A stretch of 64,000 nucleotides of DNA from an uncultured Myxococcales bacterium (GCA_903924465.1 CAIYBN010000039.1:14256-78255), one strand, 5' to 3'; shown: positions 9,105 through 19,124, numbered from the stretch's first letter. Made by a program: numbers and translations. Notes: generated by a model not told the origin, from the sequence alone.

Positions 9105-11654
9105 TCATGGGTAAGACCTCATGCAGCGCAAGCCGATGTTGTACCAGGCGGCGGACGGGCCGCCCGTGCCGCGAAGGCCCGCACGCAGGACGACAGCGTC
9201 ATAATCGAGGCTGCCGCCACGATAGACCCGGTAGGAGGCGCTGCCAGGCCCACCTGGATCCGTCACCGCACCTGAACTGTACAGCCCGTACCAATCGCGG
9301 TTCCACTCCCAGACGTTGCCCGCCATGTCGTGCAAGCCATACGGGCTGTCACCGGCTGGAGTCGAGCCCACGGCCCACGTCGCGTTCGTTCCGCAGCCGC
9401 TGGTGCTCCCGTCGTACATGACCGCGTAGCTGCACGTCGCCGGCGCCTCGCCCCAGGGATACGTCCGCATCGCCTTGGCACAATTCGGGTCGTTTGCGGT
9501 GCTGCCATTCTTCTCGCAGCTGCCCCGCGCCGCCATTTCCCACTGCGCCTCGGTTGGCAAGTCGAAGCCGGCGCCACGCCACTTGCAGTACGCCTGCGAC
9601 TGCGTCCACGTCACGTAGTTCACCGGATTGTCCGTCAGCCCCGGGTACGCCGCGTCCCACGCCGGCTGCACCGAGGACGGCACCGTGCAGACGCCCGCGT
9701 CCACGCACGCTTCGTATTGTCCAACGGTCGTCTCAGTCAGGTCCATGTAATACGCCGAGAGCACCACCTTGTGCTGCGGATTCTCATTGCTTATGCAGTC
9801 GCTGTCCTTGGCGCTGTTGCAGCCCATCCAGAACGTCCCGGCGGGAATCAGCACCATGCCCGGCGGCGGCAGCGTGCATACGCCTGCTGCGCAGATGCTG
9901 TCGGTCCCGCACGTCGTTTCGTCCGGCAAGTTGGTGTGCCAGCACCCCGCGTGCACGGCATCGCAGAGGTCGGCGGTGCAAGGGTTGGCGTCATCGCACG
10001 CCGTGAGCGCAAGTGGCAAGCAGACGCCGGATTCGGCGCAGGTGGTGTGGCCGAAGGCGTCGGTGCGCAGGAAGAGGGCGTCGGTGGTGTTCATGCCGGT
10101 ACTCACTGCACCGACAGCAGCCAGATGGCCGGTCGCGGAGTCGCCGAGCACGGCATTGCCGCGCGATGGTAGGCCGGGCAGGACATCATGCCAGATGAGC
10201 GCGCCCATTGCGTCGAGACGCAGCAGCCAGAACTGTCCGTCCGCATGGGTGGAGGATGGGGGCGCATCGCGCGTTCCCGTCATTGCGAAACCACCGTCCG
10301 CGAGCACCGCGACGCTGTCGCACGCGTCGTTCTTCGGGCCGCCAAACTTCGCGTCCCAAAGCTCCTTGCCCGCGGCGTCGACGCGCACGACCCAGCAGTC
10401 GCTGTTGTCGCTACCTTTGGCCCCCGTCGCGCCAACGACAGCGAAGCCGCCGCCCAGGCTCTCCGGAACGGTGACAAGACCACGGCTCCAATCGTCGCCC
10501 GGGCCGCCATAGGTAGCCTGCCATTGCACCGCGCCATCGGCGGCCACGCGCACGAGCCACATGTCCTGGCCGCCAGCACCCTTGGATGATGTCGTGCCAC
10601 TGAACGCGAAGCCTCCGTCCGGGGACTGGACGAGGGCAGCGCCAAAGTCATCACCGGCCGCACTGTACGTCTTGCTCCACAGCTCGCTGCCATCCGCGCC
10701 ATAGCGCACGAGCGCCGCGTCCCACGTGCCGTCTGGATCCTGGATGCCCGCGACGATGATCACGCCGCCATCGCTGGTCGCGACGACTCCCTGGGCCTCG
10801 CCACCGAAGGTTGTCAGCCAACTCTTGCTCCAGAGGGTGTTGCCGCTTGCGTCCGTGCGCACGGTCCAGACTTGCCAACCTTCGAAGCCTTGGTAGGAAA
10901 TCGTTTTCCAACCCGCCAACGCATAACCGCCATCAGCCATTGCTGCGATGGCGTTGGCGCCCGCTAAATCGCTGTACGTGCGGTCCCAGAGCTTCTTGCC
11001 AAACGCGTCAGTGACGATGAGCCACATGTCAAGAGCGAACACGGAGCCGGCGATTGCATATCCGCCGGCAAGGGTGCGGACCACACCTTGTGCCATGTTG
11101 TGCTGGCCATCGGCTGTCTGCGTGCCTGGTTCGTAGAGATTGACGCCAAGCAATCCCGCTCCGACGCAACTTCCGCCTTGGCACGTGTCGCCGATGGTAC
11201 ACGCAGTTCCATCGTCGCATGACCCGCTGTTGGCCGTGTGCGTGCACCCGCTGGCGAGGTCGCAGCTGTCGTCCGTGCAGACGTTGCCATCCGCGCAATC
11301 CGTCACCGCGCCGGGCAAGCAGACGCCGTCCACGCATGCGTCGCCGACGGTGCATGTGTTGCCGTCCTCACATGGCCCGAGTACGCCGATGTGCACGCAA
11401 GTTCCACCGACACAGTTGTCCTGGGTGCAAATGCTGCCGTCGTCGCAGTTCTTGCCAGCGCATGGGTCTGCGGGAACGTCCGGCTGCGCATCCGCGACGA
11501 CATCCGCGGCATCGGACTGCGCATCCGTGCCGAGACTGACTGCCGCATCCACAGCGGAATCGATGTCGGCATGGACAAAATCTACCGGTGCGACAGGCAT
11601 ATCGGGCGCGCAGCCAAGGACGAGCATGAGAACGGCGAGACCGACGGCGCGCAT
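9105..11654 (-). CDS. Multidomain lipoprotein: Myxococcales-type Cys-rich repeats, a beta-propeller (SBBP-like) repeat region and a C-terminal FGE/SUMF1-like (non-catalytic) domain
   Basis: Lipobox signal MRAVGLAVLMLVLGC, followed by an acidic linker and then 4 copies of CxDGxxCTxDxC. About 6 repeats of ~50 aa follow, of the form GG(F/Y)AxxG ... D ... W. Two more Cys repeats precede the C-terminus, which carries the FGE-sulfatase family signatures PAGTFWMGC, NENPQHKVVLSAYYMDLTETT, YRVYRGGSL and NIGLRC. The human-FGE catalytic Cys pair (CxxxxC before the last motif) is absent. The start is placed at Met45 of the track ORF. Confidence 0.7.
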   Translation of the reverse strand: MRAVGLAVLMLVLGCAPDMPVAPVDFVHADIDSAVDAAVSLGTDAQSDAADVVADAQPDVPADPCAGKNCDDGSICTQDNCVGGTCVHIGVLGPCEDGNTCTVGDACVDGVCLPGAVTDCADGNVCTDDSCDLASGCTHTANSGSCDDGTACTIGDTCQGGSCVGAGLLGVNLYEPGTQTADGQHNMAQGVVRTLAGGYAIAGSVFALDMWLIVTDAFGKKLWDRTYSDLAGANAIAAMADGGYALAGWKTISYQGFEGWQVWTVRTDASGNTLWSKSWLTTFGGEAQGVVATSDGGVIIVAGIQDPDGTWDAALVRYGADGSELWSKTYSAAGDDFGAALVQSPDGGFAFSGTTSSKGAGGQDMWLVRVAADGAVQWQATYGGPGDDWSRGLVTVPESLGGGFAVVGATGAKGSDNSDCWVVRVDAAGKELWDAKFGGPKNDACDSVAVLADGGFAMTGTRDAPPSSTHADGQFWLLRLDAMGALIWHDVLPGLPSRGNAVLGDSATGHLAAVGAVSTGMNTTDALFLRTDAFGHTTCAESGVCLPLALTACDDANPCTADLCDAVHAGCWHTNLPDETTCGTDSICAAGVCTLPPPGMVLIPAGTFWMGCNSAKDSDCISNENPQHKVVLSAYYMDLTETTVGQYEACVDAGVCTVPSSVQPAWDAAYPGLTDNPVNYVTWTQSQAYCKWRGAGFDLPTEAQWEMAARGSCEKNGSTANDPNCAKAMRTYPWGEAPATCSYAVMYDGSTSGCGTNATWAVGSTPAGDSPYGLHDMAGNVWEWNRDWYGLYSSGAVTDPGGPGSASYRVYRGGSLDYDAVVLRAGLRGTGGPSAAWYNIGLRCMRSYP

Positions 11655-11980
11655 TCTGACGACCTCCACGTGGCAACGGTAGCACTGGCGGGAAAGCGCG
11701 ACAAACGCGGGGCGCCGGTGCATCACCGATTCCGACTGCACGCCTGCGCAGTTCTGCAGCACGGCCCAGACCTGCTTGGCCGACATCTACAGCGGCGCGA
11801 TGTGCGCAGGCAGCAGCTTTATGGCTGCGCACCCAACGGCGGCGGCTACTTGGCCGGCACAAGTTGCGACGACGGGAATGCAAGCACCGCGGACCAGTGC
11901 GGCGCACGGACAGCCGATCAGTTGACGCCCTCACCTTCCACGGCCCAGACTGGCCACGACGCGTGCCAGTGGCCGGCGCG

Positions 11981-13381
11981 ATGACGCCCGGAGTCGGCAT
12001 GTCGAGCGATTGCAATCCCACGGACGCACCGACGCCATCCAACTTTCCCGACTCCTTCTGGGACGAAGTCGCCCGCGGCGCGCCACGCGTCTGGCTCATC
12101 ACCTGCATCGCTGCGCTGTGCGGCAGCATCTTGGCCTTGGCTGGCGATTACACCGACATCCGCCCAGAGTTGCGCCCCATCGGTCTCGCCGCCCGTGGCT
12201 CATCGATCGCGTTTTTCGCGATCGGCATCGGGCTCGCGCGCAGGCACCCGGCGTTCGTGCGCCGTCACTATCAGGCGCTGATGCTCGGCCTGTTCCCGGC
12301 TGTTGCGATTCCAGTCACGCTCAACGGCGCGCTGGCGGCCGAGCACGGCAACCTCTACTGGTTTGGCATCCTGCAACTGGACCTCGCCGCATCGACCTTC
12401 TTCCTGATTCCTGCGCGGCTGTTTCTGGCCGGCGCGTGGCTTTCGACTGCGTTGTACGTCGCGGTGCGCCTCGGTTTTGCCAAGCGCCCGCTGAACGTCG
12501 AAGATGTGAACGTCGTGATCGGCCTCGGCATTTTCGCCCTTCTGGCGTCGTTCACGCACCACGTGATTTTGTCGTCGCGGCGAGAGAATCACGCGCAACG
12601 GCGCGACTTGCAGGAGGCGAAAGCGACCTTGGAACAGCGCGTCCAGATGCGCACTCAAGCGCTGGAAAATGCGACACAGCGGCTGACTGAGAATGAGGCC
12701 GAACTGCGCTCGCTGGCTGGCGATTTGCTGGTGGCCCGTGAAGAGGAGCGCACGAGCGTAGCGCAGGACATTCACGACGATTTGGGCCAGGTGCTGAGCC
12801 TGATTCGCATGGATCTCGCGTGGATCCGCAACCACCCGGCGATGCCGAGCGAGGAGCTGGCGAAGCGGCACGCGGCGCTCCTGGGCACAGCCGATGAAGC
12901 GCTGGGCAGCGTCCGGCGCATCGCCGCGGCGCTTCGACCACCGGTGCTGGACGACGGCGGTCTGGCGCGCGCCTTTGACTGGCAATGCCGCGAATTTTCG
13001 CAGCGGACGGCCATTGCCACGTCGCTCGCGGTCGAACTGCCACCGACCGTCGCCGCGACGCTGGATGCACAGGTGGCGACGGCGCTGTTTCGCGTGTTGC
13101 AGGAATCACTCACCAACGTCGCGCGACACGCGGAAGCGCGCGAGGTCTCGGTGCATCTGAGCTGGTCAACGGATGGCCTGAAGTTGCTGGTTCGCGACGA
13201 CGGCATCGGCCTCGACGCTGGGCATCCTGGCGGCCGCCGACCGCTTGGAATTCTCGGGATGCGCGAGCGAGCGCTCGCCGTGGGCGGTACACTGGCCATC
13301 GGCAAGGGGCTCGCGGGGCTCGGCACTGAAGTGGTGATGACCGTTCCACCCGCCACGGAATCCTGGGAGACGACGGAATGA
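11981..13381 (+). CDS. Membrane sensor histidine kinase (HisKA_3 / NarX-type, multi-TM N-terminus)
   Basis: About 6 N-terminal TM helices, an H-box DIHDDLGQVLSLI, and HATPase_c motifs (ESLTNVARHA, DDGIGLD, GLAGLG). It has an ATGA overlap with the downstream response regulator. The start is uncertain (11981 or 11999). Confidence 0.75.
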   Translation: MTPGVGMSSDCNPTDAPTPSNFPDSFWDEVARGAPRVWLITCIAALCGSILALAGDYTDIRPELRPIGLAARGSSIAFFAIGIGLARRHPAFVRRHYQALMLGLFPAVAIPVTLNGALAAEHGNLYWFGILQLDLAASTFFLIPARLFLAGAWLSTALYVAVRLGFAKRPLNVEDVNVVIGLGIFALLASFTHHVILSSRRENHAQRRDLQEAKATLEQRVQMRTQALENATQRLTENEAELRSLAGDLLVAREEERTSVAQDIHDDLGQVLSLIRMDLAWIRNHPAMPSEELAKRHAALLGTADEALGSVRRIAAALRPPVLDDGGLARAFDWQCREFSQRTAIATSLAVELPPTVAATLDAQVATALFRVLQESLTNVARHAEAREVSVHLSWSTDGLKLLVRDDGIGLDAGHPGGRRPLGILGMRERALAVGGTLAIGKGLAGLGTEVVMTVPPATESWETTE

Positions 13382-14010
13382 TTCGCGTGCTTGTGGCAGA
13401 CGACCACCCCCTGATTCGCAGCGGCGTCATCGCCATCCTCGGCGAGCATCATGATATTCACGTGGTGGCGCAGGCCGCGTCCGGGCGTGAGACGCTGGAA
13501 CTGCTTCGCAAGCATGAGGTGGATGTGCTGGTGCTTGACCTGAAAATGCCCGATGGCGGCGGGTTCGACGTGCTTGCCCAACTGGCAGGCTGGTCGACAC
13601 GGCCGCGCGTGGTCGTGCTGAGCCACTACGCCGAGGATCAACTGGCGATCCAGGCTTTGCGTGCGGGCGCTTGCGGCTACCTGCCCAAAGAGGCGGCGCC
13701 CGAGCTGCTGGTCACCGCGATCCGGCGGATTCACGCTGGCGGGCGCTTCGTCACCGACGCGTTGGCGGCGCTGCTGGTCGAAGCGGTGGATCCAACGCGC
13801 GAGAAAGAGCCGCACGAGACACTGGCGCCCCGCGAATTCCAGGTGTTCCGCCTGCTCGCCGCCGGGAAGAAAACGCCTGCCATTGCCATGGAGTTGACCA
13901 TCAGCGTGTCCACCGCCCACACGTTGCGGCGCCGCGTGCAGGAGAAACTGGGCGTCGCGAGCGATGTGGAATTGGCGCGCTATGCGTTGGATCACGGGCT
14001 GGCCGAGTAA
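13378..14010 (+). CDS. NarL/FixJ-family response regulator (receiver plus LuxR-type HTH)
   Basis: MIRVLVADDHPLIRSG receiver with the phospho-Asp context VLDLKMPDGGG. C-terminal LuxR HTH (PREFQVFRLLAAGKKTPAIAMELTISVSTAHTLRRRVQEKLG). Confidence 0.85.
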   Translation: MIRVLVADDHPLIRSGVIAILGEHHDIHVVAQAASGRETLELLRKHEVDVLVLDLKMPDGGGFDVLAQLAGWSTRPRVVVLSHYAEDQLAIQALRAGACGYLPKEAAPELLVTAIRRIHAGGRFVTDALAALLVEAVDPTREKEPHETLAPREFQVFRLLAAGKKTPAIAMELTISVSTAHTLRRRVQEKLGVASDVELARYALDHGLAE

Positions 14011-14168
14011 GCGACGTTGCACATTTTGCTACAAGAATCGGCACGGCACGTGACAGCGCGAACGTCGCGATTTGCGTTACACTCCAGACTGGCCGCTTGG
14101 GCATTCGACTCGCTTGTCCACACCGGTCTGGCGCGTTCGGAGCCGTTTGCGGTGACACGAGGTGAGTC

Positions 14169-15644
14169 ATGATCCGCATGCCGAGCAGCGCTTCCGTGGT
14201 GCTCTGGTGTCTTGTCTGCTCCGCCTGCGGCGCTGATTTCCCGGCCACACATGAACAGGCCACGACGGACATCGGTGACGACAATGGCGATGGCAGCTTG
14301 ACTGCTGCGGACTTGGACACCGTGGGTGACAGCATTGCCGACGTTGCCGAAGACGGCACAGATTACCTCGACGCGGATGCGCAGTCCGACGCCGACGGGC
14401 TGACGGATGGCGCGCCAACCGACGGCACGGATGCGACATTCCTCGATGCGGACGCATTACCTGACGGCAACGGCGCGAGCGACGCCGACGGCGGTCCAGA
14501 TACCAACGATGTCGACGCGTACCCCGATGGCTACTGGATTTCCACGTCGTGCGTCAATCGCTGCGGTCAGCCCCCCAAGTGGGGCGCGTGCAATTGCGAC
14601 GGTGGCTGCGTGGGCGCAGGCGATTGCTGTGGCGACTTTGCCGCGCTCTGCGGCGTCACAAACGTCTGCGGCAATGGCACCTGCGAAGCTGGCGAGGACG
14701 CCGTCAATTGCCCAAGTGACTGTCCGAAACTGCCGCCGCCAATCGTGCCTTGCTTGCAGGACAAGTGCCCCGGTCCGTGGGCCGGCTGTTGGATGGACAC
14801 GCAGTGCACCACCTACCTCGGCTGCTACGCCACTTGCCTGGACGACAGCGTGACGCCCGCGGGCACCGTCTGGAAATGCATGGACGCTTGCAAGAATCAG
14901 CCGCAATTCAGCGTGACTGCGGCTGAATGGGCGGAGGCGCTCAGCGAGTGCGGCTACAAATCCGGGTGCTGGCTCTTGCCGACCACATTTGGCGCAGTCT
15001 GCGGCGACGGCGCTTGCTGGCCGACCGAAAAAGACTGCGACAAAGACTGCGGCCCGACGAAGCCATTGCCAGTGTGTGGCATCAACGGCTGCTACGCGAG
15101 CGAGACTTGGTTCAACTGCCCTGAATGCGGCTACCTGCCCTCGACGACAACAGACGACTGTCTCATCGCCAAATGCGGCGCCCAGTGGCAGACGTGCAGC
15201 ACCGCCGGCCTCGATTGCATGACGCCCGTCAAGTGCGTCGAGGCCGGCGCCAGCACCACGACCTGCGTCAAAGCGGGCACGCCACAGACCGCGACGGACT
15301 TGTTGTCGTGCGGCACTGCGACCGGCTGCCTCAAGGACAACAGCGCGTTTTCGTGCCAAGGATCCTGCGGTTTGTTCCTCGCGGGCATGCCGTGCGCGTG
15401 CAGTTCGGAGTGCAAGCAACTCAGCAACTGCTGCGCTGACTTCGACGCCACGTGCAATGGCGCGGTCTTGTGCGGCGACGGCGTCTGCAACAGCCTGGGC
15501 GGTGAGACGTCGGCGACCTGCCCGGCCGATTGCGGCACCGCGGCGACCAAGCCTTGCACGGGCAAGAGCGATTGCGCAGCAGCGGAGGTTTGCTGCGCGA
15601 AGACCGGTGGGAAGTGGTGTGTGGCGGCGGGCACTTGCCTGTAG
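14169..15644 (+). CDS. Secreted hypothetical protein: signal peptide, long acidic (D/G/T/A-rich) linker and Cys-rich modules that include somatomedin-B-like CCxDF and CGNGTCExGE..CPxDC motifs
   Basis: Signal MIRMPSSASVVLWCLVCSACGA, RBS gaggtgag upstream, about 90 aa of Asp-rich low complexity, and more than 50 Cys. The repeated blocks are CGQPPKWGACNCDGGCVGAGDCCGDFAALCG and CQGSCGLFLAGMPCACSSECKQLSNCCADFDATCNG. No catalytic motif was recognised. Confidence 0.6.
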   Translation: MIRMPSSASVVLWCLVCSACGADFPATHEQATTDIGDDNGDGSLTAADLDTVGDSIADVAEDGTDYLDADAQSDADGLTDGAPTDGTDATFLDADALPDGNGASDADGGPDTNDVDAYPDGYWISTSCVNRCGQPPKWGACNCDGGCVGAGDCCGDFAALCGVTNVCGNGTCEAGEDAVNCPSDCPKLPPPIVPCLQDKCPGPWAGCWMDTQCTTYLGCYATCLDDSVTPAGTVWKCMDACKNQPQFSVTAAEWAEALSECGYKSGCWLLPTTFGAVCGDGACWPTEKDCDKDCGPTKPLPVCGINGCYASETWFNCPECGYLPSTTTDDCLIAKCGAQWQTCSTAGLDCMTPVKCVEAGASTTTCVKAGTPQTATDLLSCGTATGCLKDNSAFSCQGSCGLFLAGMPCACSSECKQLSNCCADFDATCNGAVLCGDGVCNSLGGETSATCPADCGTAATKPCTGKSDCAAAEVCCAKTGGKWCVAAGTCL

Positions 15645-15769
15645 ACGCTTTCAAGCATGTGGCGTATTCCGTGTCTATGTTGGATAATCCTACACCTTGC
15701 TCTTCATCGGCCAGGAAGATACGGGAAGATTTATCATGTGGTTCAATGGCTTGTGGAATTGCCTGAAAT

Positions 15770-15784
15770 TGGCACAGCGCTTGC
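15770..15784 (+). promoter_or_regulatory. Sigma-54 (RpoN) -24/-12 promoter, TGGCAC-N5-TTGC, upstream of the lipoprotein operon
   Basis: TGGCACagcgcTTGC is an exact match to the consensus GG-N10-GC spacing. It lies in a locally AT-richer intergenic stretch, about 45 nt upstream of the first ATG (15830) of four co-directional lipoprotein genes. Confidence 0.55.
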
Positions 15785-15829
15785 TTCCAGTTGCTGCTGT
15801 AACGAACCTCCTTGCTGACGGGAGAAACC

Positions 15830-16438
15830 ATGACAAGCTCTAGCGCCAAAGCTCGAATCGCCTTCACAACCTTCTGCGTGGTTGCGGCGCTTGCGCTGTT
15901 TGGCTGTCTTGGCGCGAACACCCCGGTAGCTCTGCCACTGACAGACGCCAGCGACGACCTGCAGCTCGTTGCCGGCCAGGACGGTGAGGACGAATCCGAT
16001 GGCAACCTCGCCGATGGCATCTGCGGCGCGGCGCAGCCCGACCCTGCGGACAAATTGTGCAGGATGTGTCTGGTGGACATGCCGGCCTACGTGACGCGAA
16101 CCGTGGACGGCGTGCACGCGCGGCTGAACGCGCTCTGCACAGAAGGCCACGGGGGCTACAACGTCTTCGAGCACATCTGCCCCAACGGCGTGCGTCAGCT
16201 CGGCTACATCGCTAACGGCTGGGATATTTGGTACTTCACGCAATCCGGAGTGTTGGTTGGCTATAGCTATCGGACAGACGTCATTTGGGACCACTGCCCG
16301 TCGGGCGTGGATGACTATGGGGACACGACGTGCAGCGATTGGACCGGCTCGGTCTACACGACGCCCAACACAACGATCTACTGCGATACCACACATTTTG
16401 ACGCGCACGTGCTCGACGCCAACTCGGGTGCAGATTGA
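15830..16438 (+). CDS. Hypothetical lipoprotein (Cys-containing, no recognised domain)
   Basis: RBS GGGAGA 4 nt upstream of the ATG. Signal MTSSSAKARIAFTTFCVVAALALFGC with a lipobox, followed by an acidic stretch. Confidence 0.55.
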   Translation: MTSSSAKARIAFTTFCVVAALALFGCLGANTPVALPLTDASDDLQLVAGQDGEDESDGNLADGICGAAQPDPADKLCRMCLVDMPAYVTRTVDGVHARLNALCTEGHGGYNVFEHICPNGVRQLGYIANGWDIWYFTQSGVLVGYSYRTDVIWDHCPSGVDDYGDTTCSDWTGSVYTTPNTTIYCDTTHFDAHVLDANSGAD

Positions 16439-16466
16439 TGGCCACCGACCGACGAGGAGTGAGGTG

Positions 16467-17354
16467 ATGAAATTCTTGCAGCGGGCGCAACTTGGGGTCG
16501 CGGCTCTTCTGGCATTCGGCTGCACGTCTGCAATTCCCAACGCCGAAATCGCTTTGGACGCGGCATACACCGATGTCGTGGTTGTGATCGATCCTGATGC
16601 CGCTTCCGACGTCGATGTCGGGTCGAATGACGATGCGTCGGATTACGCCGTACGAAGTGCCAAGCTCGCCAGTGCCATCTGCGCCGCAATGGCTGGCTGC
16701 TGCAAGCTGCCGTCGACGAAGTGTCAGGCGGCGACGACGGCGCTACTGCTCAATCCGGGGAAGTTTCTGCCCATCGCCACTGCCGCTACCGCGCACCAAC
16801 TTGTCCTCGATCCGGCGCGCGACGCCGAATGCCAAACGGCGCTGGTGGCGATCGCCACGTTGTGCAGCAAGGACGCGACGGAAGATGCGATGGGCAAATG
16901 CCTGTTTTCTTGGGTCGATTCCGCCGCCATTGGAGCACCCTGCCACGCCACCAGTGTCGCCTGCGCGAGCGGTGCAGGCGTGTGCACGGAGTCCGCCACA
17001 GATGGAACGATCACCTGTATCCTGGCCAAAGCGTCGGGGGAAGCGTGCGACTTCGCGAGCTCCTGTCGGCTCGGCGACGTCTGCTTTGCCGACAACTGGG
17101 GGACCGGGCCGCAATACTGCGCTGCACCCAACACGGCGTGCAGCCACTACGCCGACAACCCGGACTGCGGCAAAAAGCTGACGTGCGACATGATCTACTC
17201 GTGCTCCCCAGGGTTCATTTGCAACCACAAAGGCACCTGCGACGCCGATACCCGCGCTGCCGTGGGCGAAACCTGTCAAGCCGACGGCGATTGCCGGACT
17301 GGCCTCACGTGCGTCGCCGGTCAGTGCACGGCGGCGTTTTGTGCGCAGCTGTAG
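16467..17354 (+). CDS. Hypothetical Cys-rich lipoprotein
   Basis: RBS gaggag 8 nt upstream. Signal MKFLQRAQLGVAALLAFGC, an acidic linker and then about 30 Cys. The stop of the previous gene is 28 nt upstream, consistent with an operon. Confidence 0.6.
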   Translation: MKFLQRAQLGVAALLAFGCTSAIPNAEIALDAAYTDVVVVIDPDAASDVDVGSNDDASDYAVRSAKLASAICAAMAGCCKLPSTKCQAATTALLLNPGKFLPIATAATAHQLVLDPARDAECQTALVAIATLCSKDATEDAMGKCLFSWVDSAAIGAPCHATSVACASGAGVCTESATDGTITCILAKASGEACDFASSCRLGDVCFADNWGTGPQYCAAPNTACSHYADNPDCGKKLTCDMIYSCSPGFICNHKGTCDADTRAAVGETCQADGDCRTGLTCVAGQCTAAFCAQL

Positions 17355-17414
17355 CCGCTTGAAAGGACCGCACCGATGACCGGCGTGGCGCACGAGCCGA
17401 ACGGAGATAACCGC

Positions 17415-19124
17415 ATGAAAGTCAAACACATCACCGCTTGCCTCCTGATCCTCGCCGTTGCGGCGTGCGGCCAAAAGGGCGTCATCGACCCGCCTGCGAC
17501 TTCCGACGCGAGTGATGCGACCGACGCCCTCGGCGCCGAAGTCGTCTGCGGCCAGGTCACCGACACCGCGTGTTGCCGGAATGGCGTACTGACGGTCGAT
17601 CCTTGTGTGATTGACGGCCAAATCACGTGTCTCAACGGCGGTTTTCCTTGCAACATGATGGGTGGCAAGAACAGCGAATGTGCGCAGAAGTGCGGCGCCG
17701 ACGTGCAGGGCGATACCAGCGACGCGCCGGACACCGTCGATTCCGACCCGCAGCCGTACGCGCCAGTCGCCGCGACCTTGCCGGTGCAGACGACGGGCTG
17801 CGATGCGACGTTCGCGTTCACGCCGATGCCGTCGGGCGACAGGCCGTCGAGTCTGGCACCGTGCTACGTCGGCGCGACCTGGATGGGTGGGACGCATCTG
17901 CCGTGCCTGCCTTGGGAATGGTGCGATAAGGGCATGAGCGGCGGTCCAATCGGGCCAATCGATGAACTTCCGGTCACCGGTTCGCTCACTTGCAAGCGGC
18001 CGTGCGAGACAACCGACGGGCCGTGTCCGGCGGGCACAAACTGCCAGTCGTTGGAGGTCATGGACGGCGATGTCACCCTCCAGAAGTCGGTCTGCAGCGG
18101 CACGACCGGCGGTCCGTGGCCCAATTACTCAAAAGGCGGCGCGTACCCGGCGGAAGGCGGCCTCAGCTGTTGGGCGCCGCTCGCGACCCTGGGTACCTAC
18201 GTCGCCGCCTCGCACCTGGCGCGGGTGGGCCCACATGTTTACGTGCTGACGGCACAGGCTGGCGTCTTCGCGGACGGCGCATATCACGCGGATGCGCGGC
18301 TGTGGCACGCACCGCTGCAGGTGCCGTCGGAGGCTACGATGACCGTGGTGTTTGACCAACTCACGAATGCGCCGGAGTGGACCGGGCTGGGCGCTTCCGC
18401 CGACCACCTGATCGCGTTCCAGCGCAAGGTGCCGACGCTGGGCCAGCCGCCCTCGGGTTCGCCCTGGCTGGTGCTGGCCGGCCAACCGGACTCGGCGGGC
18501 GCTGTGACGTTGACGCTGACCGGCTTGGAGATCCCGATGCCGCAGGAACCCGGACGCGCGCTGCCGGGTTCAACCCACGCTTGTGTGGCGCGGCTGGACG
18601 GCGTCAATCCCTTGCTTTCCTGCGTGCAATTCGATCCGCAGGGCGTGCCGCACGTCGCCGATCACGCGCTGAACGTGCCGGCCAAGCTGCTGAGCAATAT
18701 CGCCTGCTACAACGCCCAGATCAACCAGACGAGCGACGCGCCGTTGCGGTCGATGGCCGTGGGCGGCGGACGCATCGCCATCGTCACTGGGTCGTGCGCG
18801 CCCCCAGCACCGGCGTATCTCTACGTCGCCCCGTTTGACGAGCAAACCGACTCGGTGACCGGCGTGTGGCAGATCTGGACGCTGCCGGTGCCGCTCGGCA
18901 TGTTCGGACCGCTCCAGCTTTACAAAGATACGCTGCTGGCCAGCGACTGGACCACGCGGCTGACGGCTCAGGGACCCGGAATGTGGTATGCGTCAACGCT
19001 GAGGCCCAAAACCAATCTTGCGGTCGCGCACATCTCGGACGATGTGGTGATCGGGATTAGCTCCGACACGAGCGGCTCGGGCTTGCAGCCCACGTCTCTG
19101 TGGGCGAATCGAGTACTTTGGTGA
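17415..19124 (+). CDS. Hypothetical lipoprotein (Cys-rich N-terminal third, Cys-poor C-terminal domain)
   Basis: RBS ggagata. Signal MKVKHITACLLILAVAACG, lying 60 nt after the previous stop. Confidence 0.6.
   Translation: MKVKHITACLLILAVAACGQKGVIDPPATSDASDATDALGAEVVCGQVTDTACCRNGVLTVDPCVIDGQITCLNGGFPCNMMGGKNSECAQKCGADVQGDTSDAPDTVDSDPQPYAPVAATLPVQTTGCDATFAFTPMPSGDRPSSLAPCYVGATWMGGTHLPCLPWEWCDKGMSGGPIGPIDELPVTGSLTCKRPCETTDGPCPAGTNCQSLEVMDGDVTLQKSVCSGTTGGPWPNYSKGGAYPAEGGLSCWAPLATLGTYVAASHLARVGPHVYVLTAQAGVFADGAYHADARLWHAPLQVPSEATMTVVFDQLTNAPEWTGLGASADHLIAFQRKVPTLGQPPSGSPWLVLAGQPDSAGAVTLTLTGLEIPMPQEPGRALPGSTHACVARLDGVNPLLSCVQFDPQGVPHVADHALNVPAKLLSNIACYNAQINQTSDAPLRSMAVGGGRIAIVTGSCAPPAPAYLYVAPFDEQTDSVTGVWQIWTLPVPLGMFGPLQLYKDTLLASDWTTRLTAQGPGMWYASTLRPKTNLAVAHISDDVVIGISSDTSGSGLQPTSLWANRVLW

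Noticed and set aside
8271-9421. Plus-strand ORFs 8271..9053 and 8693..9421 spanning the end of the ATPase gene and the 22-bp repeat array
   Set aside because: They read through the stop of the ATPase frame's neighbour and across a repeat whose unit is not a multiple of 3. Composition is Arg/Pro-rich. The region is better explained as a non-coding tandem repeat.
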